Below are positions 47,625-56,246 of a DNA stretch of 64,000 nucleotides, in pieces. The stretch lies in the NCBI GenBank assembly GCA_963592475.1, contig CAVAWW010000003.1, forward strand, positions 4,770 to 68,769, written 5' to 3'. The stretch is from a bacterium (lineage in GTDB: Bacteria > Bacillota > Clostridia > Oscillospirales > Acutalibacteraceae). The notes beneath the pieces are model-generated. The model searched no databases. It was not told the origin of the DNA and was given only the letters and a program-made list of their open reading frames with translations. Position 1 is the stretch's first letter. Every line of letters starts with the position of its first letter. A program made the position numbers and the translations under genes.

Positions 47625-47786
47625 TCACCAAAAACTTCGTGAGGCGGTGCAGATAAGCAAAAGCAGGATGAGCATAAGAATAATGAACAACGAATACGGG
47701 AAGAATTTTGCGGCGATTATCCCGGCCGCAAATGAAATTATTATGATACATACAGACCCGTCTCTGCCGCATCCGCATCTTCTCAC
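47625..47786 (-). CDS. Small two-helix membrane protein (53 aa) upstream of spoVM
   Basis: Not in ORF track. GTG 47786 after GGCGGTG gives MRRCGCGRDGSVCIIIISFAAGIIAAKFFPYSLFIILMLILLLLICTASRSFW. Confidence 0.65.
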   Translation of the reverse strand: MRRCGCGRDGSVCIIIISFAAGIIAAKFFPYSLFIILMLILLLLICTASRSFW

Positions 47787-47859
47787 GCTCGCCACCGCCC
47801 TTACATATAACAGTCTCGCCTTCAGTCCATTATATACAAAGCGCGGCGTTTGCGTTACT

Positions 47860-48750
47860 TTATTTCTTTTCCCATTCTTTTATATCTTTTGCTTCGTTGT
47901 AGAGCGCAATATAGCTGTTGTGGCGCGATTCGCTGATTTCGCCCGATTCAACGGCGGCAACTATTTCGCAGCCCTTGTCGTTTATGTGTCTGCATGAAGT
48001 GAATCTGCATTTTCCGAGATATTTTTCAAACTCGGGGAAGCAAAACGGAAGTTCGTCAACAGGTATCATCTCGCTGTTCTCGCCGGTCAGGGAAGAAAAT
48101 CCGGGCGTATCCGCAACATATCCGCCGCAAAGCTTATAGAGCTCAACAGCTCTTGTTGTGTGTCTGCCTCTGCCGAGCTTGTCGCTTATTTCACCTGTTT
48201 TCAGCGAAAGTTCGGGGGCGATGAGATTAAGAAGCGACGACTTCCCGACACCGGTATTGCCCGCAAAGGCGCTTATATGGCCGCCAAGCATAGCCTTCAC
48301 TTCGTCGGCTCCCCTGCCGTCGCGGCTCGACACCGAAAAGAACGGTATGCCCGCTTTTTCATATATACTGCGAAGCTCGGAAGTGTCTCCGAGGTCGTCT
48401 TTTGTGATTACTATAACGGGCTCTATATTCTTCCAGCAGGCTATCGCAGTCATTTTATCAATTATCAGCGTGCTCGGATTCGGGTCACGAACGGACGAGA
48501 GAATAAACAGCCTGTCAAGATTCGCAACCGGCGGGCGCATCAGCTCGCTGCGGCGCGGATATATCTTTTCGATAGTGTTGTTTGCCCCGTCCTCGCCGAT
48601 GAGTATATCAACCTCATCGCCGACGAGCGGCTTCTGTCCGCTTTTGCGGAATATCCCGCGGGCTTTGCACTCAAATACCGCATCGGCGGTCTCCACAAAG
48701 TAGAGACCACCGATTCCTTTTAATATTATTCCTTTTTTGACATCTGCCAT
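47860..48750 (-). CDS. rsgA: Ribosome small subunit-dependent GTPase A
   Basis: TKDD, GNTGVGKSS, GRHTT, DTPG and C..F..C.H...C zinc finger. Confidence 0.96.
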   Translation of the reverse strand: MADVKKGIILKGIGGLYFVETADAVFECKARGIFRKSGQKPLVGDEVDILIGEDGANNTIEKIYPRRSELMRPPVANLDRLFILSSVRDPNPSTLIIDKMTAIACWKNIEPVIVITKDDLGDTSELRSIYEKAGIPFFSVSSRDGRGADEVKAMLGGHISAFAGNTGVGKSSLLNLIAPELSLKTGEISDKLGRGRHTTRAVELYKLCGGYVADTPGFSSLTGENSEMIPVDELPFCFPEFEKYLGKCRFTSCRHINDKGCEIVAAVESGEISESRHNSYIALYNEAKDIKEWEKK

Positions 48751-48760
48751 AACAAAGACC

Positions 48761-50938
48761 TTAGCCGACAAACTTGCCGACGGTTATAGTTACTGTTGTG
48801 CTCAAAGGATAGGCTTTAGAGCTGTTCTTCGGGGTCTGAGAAATAACCTTTCCGTTCTTCGAAGAATCAACAACGCTTATATAATTGACTTCAACGGAGG
48901 TAAAGCCGTGACTCTTGAGAATGCTTATCGCCGAAGCTTCATTGCTGCCGACAACATTGGGGATTGTCGAACTCTCGGAAACATCATGTCGCTTGACATT
49001 TGATATCTCCGCAGGGCTCTTAGTGAAGTCAACATTGCACTCATAATACAGCTCGGAGTCAATATAGACCTTGATGTGGTTGCTGCTGCCGGAGCCGTTT
49101 ACGGTTATGGTGTACTCGCTTCCGTCAAGAATAACGCTCTGATCCATAAAGACATTATTGTTGTTTGCAGCCTTTATGGACTTAGAAGTGCCGCTCGAAT
49201 ATTTCGGAAGCGTTATAGTTATATTCGCCTCAGAAGAAGCCGCGACACCGGTGCTGACGGTAACTCTTACCTTCGTTCCCTCAGGCACCTTCTCGCCTTC
49301 GGCATAGCTCTGTTCGATGATAGTACCCTTGGGCTTGTCGCTGTCCTTCTCGTCTATTGTATCATCAAGAACAAGGTTGAGAGACTCGAGTATAGCCTTT
49401 GCGTTCTCAACATTCTCGTCTATAAGCTTGGGAACTTCGATAAGCTCCTGCTCGCTCGCATAATAAATCGTTATTGTCGAGCCCTTTGACACCTGTCTGC
49501 CGTATTCCGGCGAGGTGCTAAGAACAGTGCCCGCCTTTTCCGTGCTCTGCTGAGGAACGGAATAGACCTCAAAGCCCGCGTTTTTGAGCTTTGTTATAGC
49601 GTCGTTGAGCTGATATTTGAGAACATTCGGAACAGATGCTTTTTCTTCGCTGACAGCGACAGTAACAGTGATAACATTGTTGGACTTATCAACCTTTGTG
49701 CCTGCCGCAGGATCCTGCGCATAAACCTGACCGGGCTCATAGAAGCTGTTCTGGACTTCGTTGACTTTGATAACAAAGTTCTTATAATCGTCGTTACCGA
49801 GAATTTCCTCAGCATAGTTTTTATTTATGAGCTTCGGCACAGTAAGCTTTCTGTTGAAAACATCCGTAAACGAATACAGGCAAATAAGAACTATCGCGAG
49901 AACGGCGACAAATCCGATAACGATTCCGGAAAGAATCGGGATCATCTTGTTTTTCTCTGTAGTCTTGTTGGTCTCTTCCGGTGCCGGCTGCGGATTGTCT
50001 ATAACACGCGTGTCGCTGGAGTTAGCCATGGGTACAGTGACCGGTGCGGTCTTGTCAACGAACTTTGTCGGCTCGTTGTCGACAAAATAGCTATAGTCAA
50101 ATTTTATTGCGGGGTTGCGCTTGAACTCCTCAAGATCAAGAATCATCTCTGCGGCAGACTGATATCTGTCCTTCGGGTTCTTCTGCATAGCGCGCATGGT
50201 TATCTGCTCGAGTCCCTCAGGAATGGAGCTGTTTATCTCACGCGGCTTTACCGGGTCTGTCTGAAGCTGCATAATAGCGACCGAGACGGAATTATCCGAC
50301 TGGAAAGGCAGCTGACCCGTGAGCATCTCGTACATAACGACACCGACGGAATAGATATCTGACTTGTCATCGGTTATATCTCCGCGAGCCTGCTCGGGGC
50401 TGATATAATGAACCGAACCGATCGCGGTATCGGTCATTGTTCTCGTTTCGCTTCTGCTGAATCTCGCGATGCCGAAATCGGTAACTTTGATAGTACCGTT
50501 TTCAAGAAGCATTATGTTCTGCGGCTTGATATCGCGGTGAACAATGCCCTTGTCATGGGCGTGCTGAAGCGCGCGGAGAATCTGCGTTGTAAAATGCACG
50601 GTCTCCTTCCACGATATAACGCCCTGCTGCTCAATATACTCCTTGAGCGTGATGCCCTCGACATACTCCATAACGATATACTGGAGCTTGTCGCCGTAGC
50701 TGACATCATAAACCTTGACTATGTTCGGATGAGAAAGCACAGCTATCGCCTTGGACTCATTCTTGAATCTGCGGCGAAACTCCTCGCTTGCAAGGAACTC
50801 ATCCTTTAGAATTTTGACGGCAACCGTCCTGTCGTCGATATTGTCGTAGGCTTTATAGACAACCGCCATTCCGCCAACGCCAATGACTTCCTGAAGTTCA
50901 TACCTTCCATCAAGTCTTTTTCCGACATAATTATCCAT
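48761..50938 (-). CDS. pknB: Stk1/PknB family PASTA-domain Ser/Thr kinase
   Basis: GVGGMAVVY, HRDIKPQN and DFG motifs, one TM helix, PASTA repeats. Confidence 0.95.
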   Translation of the reverse strand: MDNYVGKRLDGRYELQEVIGVGGMAVVYKAYDNIDDRTVAVKILKDEFLASEEFRRRFKNESKAIAVLSHPNIVKVYDVSYGDKLQYIVMEYVEGITLKEYIEQQGVISWKETVHFTTQILRALQHAHDKGIVHRDIKPQNIMLLENGTIKVTDFGIARFSRSETRTMTDTAIGSVHYISPEQARGDITDDKSDIYSVGVVMYEMLTGQLPFQSDNSVSVAIMQLQTDPVKPREINSSIPEGLEQITMRAMQKNPKDRYQSAAEMILDLEEFKRNPAIKFDYSYFVDNEPTKFVDKTAPVTVPMANSSDTRVIDNPQPAPEETNKTTEKNKMIPILSGIVIGFVAVLAIVLICLYSFTDVFNRKLTVPKLINKNYAEEILGNDDYKNFVIKVNEVQNSFYEPGQVYAQDPAAGTKVDKSNNVITVTVAVSEEKASVPNVLKYQLNDAITKLKNAGFEVYSVPQQSTEKAGTVLSTSPEYGRQVSKGSTITIYYASEQELIEVPKLIDENVENAKAILESLNLVLDDTIDEKDSDKPKGTIIEQSYAEGEKVPEGTKVRVTVSTGVAASSEANITITLPKYSSGTSKSIKAANNNNVFMDQSVILDGSEYTITVNGSGSSNHIKVYIDSELYYECNVDFTKSPAEISNVKRHDVSESSTIPNVVGSNEASAISILKSHGFTSVEVNYISVVDSSKNGKVISQTPKNSSKAYPLSTTVTITVGKFVG

Positions 50939-50970
50939 TAAATCTCACACTCCTGTTGGGATACAGAAAC

Positions 50971-51699
50971 CTAAAACGCCATTGCAACAACAGTGATATT
51001 GTCCCCGCCGCCGTTCTCGTTGGCAAGGTTTATCAGCCTGTCTGCAAACTCGTAATAATGATTGTCTCTGGTGGCATTATATATATCATCGGTCTCAACA
51101 TAATTAGTCAGACCGTCAGTGCAAATGATAATAACGTCTCCCTCATTAAGAGTATCCTGATAATAATCCGTCTCTATGTCCGCGCTCACTCCGAGCGCCC
51201 TTGTGATTATATTCTTTCGCGGGTGATCTTTCGCCTGCTCCTGGGTCAATTCGCCGTGTTCAACCATATCCTGAACAACCGAATGATCTCTCGTGAGCTG
51301 GGTTATGCCCTCCTGCGAAATGCGGTAAGCCCTGCTGTCTCCGGCATGAACGAGATAAAGCTCTTTGTCTCTTATCATGGCGGCGACGACCGTCGTGCCC
51401 ATGCCATTGAGACTCTCTACCGAGCATGACATCTCATAAATAGAAGAATTGGCATTCTCGACAACAGAAGTCAGCAGATTTTTTATCGATCTGTCGCTCA
51501 TTCCGTGCTGATAACCGGAGGCGATTTTTTCGCTGATCATCTTAACGGCAGTCTGGCTGGCAACGCTTCCGCCTGCCGCGCCGCCCATGCCGTCGCAGAC
51601 AACAGCCCAAACTACGCCGCCGGGAAGCTCTCCCGCAGCGAACGAATCCTGATTGTCTTTTCTGACTTTTCCCTGGTCTGTCTTTGCAACAATTTTCAT
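50971..51699 (-). CDS. stp: Stp1/PrpC family PP2C phosphatase
   Basis: CDGMGG, MGTT, GDSRAY, CTDGL and DNIT motifs. Confidence 0.93.
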   Translation of the reverse strand: MKIVAKTDQGKVRKDNQDSFAAGELPGGVVWAVVCDGMGGAAGGSVASQTAVKMISEKIASGYQHGMSDRSIKNLLTSVVENANSSIYEMSCSVESLNGMGTTVVAAMIRDKELYLVHAGDSRAYRISQEGITQLTRDHSVVQDMVEHGELTQEQAKDHPRKNIITRALGVSADIETDYYQDTLNEGDVIIICTDGLTNYVETDDIYNATRDNHYYEFADRLINLANENGGGDNITVVAMAF

Positions 51700-51736
51700 A
51701 TCTTCCCCCGGAAATTGAGAAAATTCCGAATTGAGC

Positions 51737-52783
51737 TTACTGCTCTTTTATTTTACGAAGCCGAAGCTGGCCGCACGAAGCATCTATATCAGAACCGAGC
51801 TTCCGCCTTACCGTAACATTTATCGATTTCTTTTCGAGTATGCTTATAAATCGTTCAATGCGCTCCGGCTCTGACGGCTTATAAGGACTCTCGGCAACCT
51901 CGTTGACAGGTATGAGATTGACATGACACAGCATACCCTTCAGGAGCGCCGCAAGCTTCTGAGCGCACTCGTCGCTGTCATTGACTCCGCCGAGCATTGC
52001 ATATTCAAACGATATTCTTCTCGAAGTTACCTTTGCATATTCACGGCACGCCGGCATCAGCTCGTCGAGCGAATACCGACGGTTGATCGGCATTATCTTT
52101 GATCTGAGCTCGTTATACGGCGCGTGAAGCGATATCGAAAGCGTGAGCTGAAGCTTTTTTTCAAGCAGTTTGTATATCCCGGGAACTATTCCGCAGGTGG
52201 AAAGCGATATATTTCTCATGCTTATGTTGAGCCCGTCTTCACAGGTCACAAGCTCAAGGAAACGCATAACATTATCAAAATTATCAAGCGGTTCACCCAT
52301 GCCCATGAGGACAATATGGGAGATTCGGATATTCTCGTCGCGCTGAGCGGTATATATCTGACCGAGGATTTCCGACGGAAGCAGACTTCTGACATAACCA
52401 CCCAAAGTGGACGCGCAGAACGAGCAGCCCATTTTGCAGCCTATCTGAGTCGAGACACAGATAGTATATCCGTACTTATATTTCATCAAAACGCTTTCGG
52501 CATATTCATTGCCGCCGAAACCGAAAAGGTATTTAACCGTTCCGTCCTCTGCGGATACCTGCTTGCGCTCGATAGTGCACTTTTTAAGCGGCAATTCTTC
52601 TTTCAGCTTCTCGCGCAGAGACAGCGGAAGATTGGTCATCTCATCGTAATCGAGAGCGCATTTCTGATGGATCCACGAATAGATCTGCTTCGCCCTGTAT
52701 GACGGAAGTCCCATCTCGGAAAGAGCCGCAGAAAGCTCGGTAAAGTTCATTGACTTTACATCAGTCGTATTCAAAAGGCTCAC
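51737..52783 (-). CDS. rlmN: 23S rRNA/tRNA m2A methyltransferase RlmN
   Basis: CKMGCSFC, MGMGEP, SLHA and ASCGQL motifs. Confidence 0.96.
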   Translation of the reverse strand: MSLLNTTDVKSMNFTELSAALSEMGLPSYRAKQIYSWIHQKCALDYDEMTNLPLSLREKLKEELPLKKCTIERKQVSAEDGTVKYLFGFGGNEYAESVLMKYKYGYTICVSTQIGCKMGCSFCASTLGGYVRSLLPSEILGQIYTAQRDENIRISHIVLMGMGEPLDNFDNVMRFLELVTCEDGLNISMRNISLSTCGIVPGIYKLLEKKLQLTLSISLHAPYNELRSKIMPINRRYSLDELMPACREYAKVTSRRISFEYAMLGGVNDSDECAQKLAALLKGMLCHVNLIPVNEVAESPYKPSEPERIERFISILEKKSINVTVRRKLGSDIDASCGQLRLRKIKEQ

Positions 52784-54102
52784 TCCGTTCTGGTAAATGC
52801 GGCGATAAAGAAGCCGTCCGTTCCATGTATCTGAGGCATCAAAGTCAAGTAATTTTCGTTGCCGTCTACCCTTTTTATGTCAGGGAAAAGCTTAACAGCC
52901 TCAAAATTTTTATGTTCGCTGAGAAACTTGTTGCAAATCTCAGAATTCTCTGCCGGATTCAGCGAGCAGGTAGAATAGACTAACCGACTGCCAACCTTGA
53001 CATATTCAGAGGATGAACACAGGATATCATACTGCAAAACGGGTAATTTGTCAATATCTTCAAGGGTTTTATAGCGTATCTCGGGCTTGCGGCGGAGTAT
53101 TCCGAGTCCCGAACAAGGAGCGTCGCACAAAACTCTGTCCGCTTTCTTCAAAGCCGGATTCACTTTTGCGGCATCGTTAGGTATAACCGCGATGTTATCA
53201 AGCCCGAGTCTTTCCGCTCCGTTTTCGATAAGAGCGAGCCTCGATGGATAAACATCCATGGCAAGTATTTTGCCTTTACAATTTGTCAGTTCGGCAAGTG
53301 TAAAGCTTTTACCGCCGGGTGCTGCACACATATCATATACGGTATCTCCCGGCTGCGGGTCGAGCGCCATGCAGCAAAGCTGCGACGAAAGATCCTGCAC
53401 ATGGAAAAGTCCTTTTTTATATGCATCAAGATGCTCCACCGCGCCGCCGTTTACCAATTCAAGTGCGTTCGGAAAGCCGTCGATTTTTCTGCCCTCAACA
53501 CCCTGCCGGGCTAATATCTCTATAAGCTCGTCCGCTGTGCATTTCTGCGTATTCACACGGACAAATATCTTCGCGCGCTCAGACATTGCTTCAAATATTT
53601 CGCAGGCAATCTTATCGGAATAAGCATCCGCAAAAAGCTTGACAGTCTGCTCCGGAACGGAATATTTGACGCTCATAAATTTGAGTCTGTCCGATTCATC
53701 GGGCAGCTGCAATCCGTTTGAAGCCACCTTTCTGAGCACCGCATTCACAAGTCCCGCCGCAAACTGCGCACGGTTGTTTTTGACGAGCTTCACGCTCTCG
53801 TTGACCGCCGCGCTCTCGGGAATCCTGTCCATAAACAGCAGCTGATAAGCGCCGATGCGCAGCGCAATGAGCACCTCCGGCTTGAGCTTTTTCAGCGGCT
53901 GACGCAAATAAAGTGCGATGTTATAATCAAGCGTAATAAGCCTTTCAAGCACGCCGTATACGAGTGCCGTCAAAAGAGCTGAATCGCCGTCGACCCCGTC
54001 TTTCGACGAGAGCTGTGCATCGAGAGCAAGATTCGAATACGCCCCGCTGCGCTCGACTTTATAAAGTATTTCAAACGCGCTCTGGCGTGCGCTCTTACTC
54101 AT
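52780..54102 (-). CDS. rsmB: 16S rRNA m5C967 methyltransferase RsmB (Sun)
   Basis: NusB-like N-terminus, DMCAAPGGKS, DAPCSGLG and YSTCS motifs. Confidence 0.95.
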   Translation of the reverse strand: MSKSARQSAFEILYKVERSGAYSNLALDAQLSSKDGVDGDSALLTALVYGVLERLITLDYNIALYLRQPLKKLKPEVLIALRIGAYQLLFMDRIPESAAVNESVKLVKNNRAQFAAGLVNAVLRKVASNGLQLPDESDRLKFMSVKYSVPEQTVKLFADAYSDKIACEIFEAMSERAKIFVRVNTQKCTADELIEILARQGVEGRKIDGFPNALELVNGGAVEHLDAYKKGLFHVQDLSSQLCCMALDPQPGDTVYDMCAAPGGKSFTLAELTNCKGKILAMDVYPSRLALIENGAERLGLDNIAVIPNDAAKVNPALKKADRVLCDAPCSGLGILRRKPEIRYKTLEDIDKLPVLQYDILCSSSEYVKVGSRLVYSTCSLNPAENSEICNKFLSEHKNFEAVKLFPDIKRVDGNENYLTLMPQIHGTDGFFIAAFTRTE

Positions 54103-54118
54103 TAACGATACACTCCGT

Positions 54119-54820
54119 TCAATTTCTTCGATTTCTGCCGCTGAAGCGTATAACAAACCTCAGCAGATTTGCAAGCGCCACGAGAAGCGACGCAACATAT
54201 GTCATTGCCGCCGCAGAAAGCACTTTTCTTGCGCCTGCGCGCTCGTCATCGTCCAGGACACCGGTTTCTTCAATAACTTTCAACGCTCTGCGGCTCGCAT
54301 TGAACTCTACCGGCAGAGTGACAAGCTGAAACACCGCGATAAGTGCATAGAGCAGCAGACCGAATGTGATGAGCGGCTCAAAGCTGAGAATATATCCCAA
54401 TATTGCAAGCGGCAGACCTATGGTCGAACCGATATTGCAGACAGGGATAATCGCGTTTCTGATTTTTATCGGCATATAGCCCTCTGCATGCTGCGCGGCG
54501 TGCCCTGCCTCATGGCAGGCAACGCCTATGGCGGCTATAGAAGTGTTGTTATAGACTTTATCCGAAAGTCTTATAACATTCGTCCTCGGGTCATAGTGAT
54601 CCGTTAAGTCGCCCGCTACGCGCTCTATGCGAACATCGTTTATTCCGTAATATTTGAGCACCTGCATCGCCGCCTGCGCGCCGGTAAGTCCGCGCGAGCT
54701 GAGTCTTTTTGACTGCGAAGCGAAAGTGGTCTTTACTTTTATCTGCGCCCACAGCGCAATAAGCATCGCCGGGACAACGAGAAGCAGAAAATAGTAATCA
54801 TAGTAATACATCCAGCCCAT
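54119..54820 (-). CDS. YugP-like membrane zinc metallopeptidase
   Basis: LTDHYDP, HEAGH, LPVEFNAS and AAAMTYVA motifs. Confidence 0.92.
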   Translation of the reverse strand: MGWMYYYDYYFLLLVVPAMLIALWAQIKVKTTFASQSKRLSSRGLTGAQAAMQVLKYYGINDVRIERVAGDLTDHYDPRTNVIRLSDKVYNNTSIAAIGVACHEAGHAAQHAEGYMPIKIRNAIIPVCNIGSTIGLPLAILGYILSFEPLITFGLLLYALIAVFQLVTLPVEFNASRRALKVIEETGVLDDDERAGARKVLSAAAMTYVASLLVALANLLRFVIRFSGRNRRN

Positions 54821-54839
54821 AAGCCGAACCTCCTAACGG

Positions 54840-55766
54840 TCATTCAAAGAATGCGCCCTTTCTAATCGGATTGCCGCGCAGGAAATCCTGAGCCGGCATC
54901 GCCCGTTTTCCGGGAGCCTGAAGAACGAGTATCTCAACGGCGTTGCTGTCTCCGCAGGAGACAACAAGGCGTTTGCCGCTTTCAATTATCTCTCCCGGCT
55001 TTCCGTTGCACGCACCCGCAAGGCGCGACGAATGTATTTTTATGACCTTGCCGTCGAGTTCGCCCGACGCACCCGGCCATGAATACAGTCCTCTTATCTT
55101 ATCATGTATATGCTGTGCGGTATCATTCCAATCTATTTTTGAAAGCTCCTTGGTAAGTATAGGAGCATATGTGCTCTTTTCGTTATCCTGCTTTACAGGA
55201 TGGAGATTTCCCGCCTGAAGCTCGGCTATAGTCTCACGCATGACTTCCGAGCCGAGTGATGACAGCCTGTCATGGAGTTCTTCGGCGGTCTCGTTTTCGC
55301 CTATTTCAACGCTCTTTGAGATAAGCATATCTCCGGTATCGAGTCCCTCATCCATCTGCATGGATGTGACTCCGGTGCGCTTTTCTCCGGTGATTATAGA
55401 CCACTGGATGGGTGCTGCGCCGCGCAGTTTCGGGAGCAGCGAGGCGTGCATATTGATGCAGCCGTACTTCGGCGCATGGATAAACTCGCCAGGAAGTATC
55501 TTTCCGTAGGCAACAACTATTGCGAGGTCTGCATCGAGCGATTTAAAAAGCTCTTTTGCTTCGTCCGTTTTCAGCGTTTTCGGCTGATATACGGGAATAT
55601 CATATTTGAGTGCAAGCTCTTTGACGGGCGGCGGAGTCAGAACGCCGTGGCGTCCTTTGGGCTTGTCCGGCTGAGTGAACACAGCGCAGACATCGTGTCC
55701 GTCGTCTATAAGTGCCTGAAGGCACGGAACGGAAAAATCCGGAGTGCCCATAAAAACTATTCTCAT
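54840..55766 (-). CDS. fmt: Methionyl-tRNA formyltransferase
   Basis: FMGTPDF, HASLLP..RGAAPI and GLDTGD motifs. Confidence 0.97.
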   Translation of the reverse strand: MRIVFMGTPDFSVPCLQALIDDGHDVCAVFTQPDKPKGRHGVLTPPPVKELALKYDIPVYQPKTLKTDEAKELFKSLDADLAIVVAYGKILPGEFIHAPKYGCINMHASLLPKLRGAAPIQWSIITGEKRTGVTSMQMDEGLDTGDMLISKSVEIGENETAEELHDRLSSLGSEVMRETIAELQAGNLHPVKQDNEKSTYAPILTKELSKIDWNDTAQHIHDKIRGLYSWPGASGELDGKVIKIHSSRLAGACNGKPGEIIESGKRLVVSCGDSNAVEILVLQAPGKRAMPAQDFLRGNPIRKGAFFE

Positions 55767-56227
55767 AAATTCTCCTTATGCTCCATCGGGTCTGCGAGTC
55801 TCTGAGTGAACAGGATTCCGTCAAGGTGATCTATCTCATGGCAGAAGCATCTCGCCTTGAGTCCTTCGCCCTTTAGAACCTGCCACTTGCCGTTTCTGTC
55901 CTGAGCCTTGACTTTCACCACTGCCGGGCGGATGGTCGTGCCGTACTCTCCGGGGATTGAAAGGCAGCCCTCGGCCTCGCGCTGTTCGCCGTCACGGAAG
56001 ATTATCTCGGGATTCACAAGCTCAATGCAGCCGTCGCCGACGTCGAGGACAACTACCCTCTTGAGAATACCGACCTGCACCGCAGCAAGACCGCAGCCGT
56101 CGTTTGCATACATTGTCTCCTTCATATCGTCAATGAGCTGAGCCAAGCGGTCATCAAACTTTTCGACCGTCCTGCTGTGCTTTTTAAGCGTCGGATCGCC
56201 GAGCTTAACTATGTTTCTCATCGCCAT
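55763..56227 (-). CDS. def: Peptide deformylase
   Basis: GCGLAAVQ, EGCLS and HEIDH motifs. Confidence 0.96.
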   Translation of the reverse strand: MAMRNIVKLGDPTLKKHSRTVEKFDDRLAQLIDDMKETMYANDGCGLAAVQVGILKRVVVLDVGDGCIELVNPEIIFRDGEQREAEGCLSIPGEYGTTIRPAVVKVKAQDRNGKWQVLKGEGLKARCFCHEIDHLDGILFTQRLADPMEHKENL

Positions 56228-56246
56228 TTTTATTGTCCTCCTTCGA

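Noticed and set aside
47518..47778. 86-aa minus-strand ORF
   Set aside because: An in-frame upstream extension of spoVM; a proper RBS precedes the internal ATG at 47607, and another frame encodes the membrane peptide.
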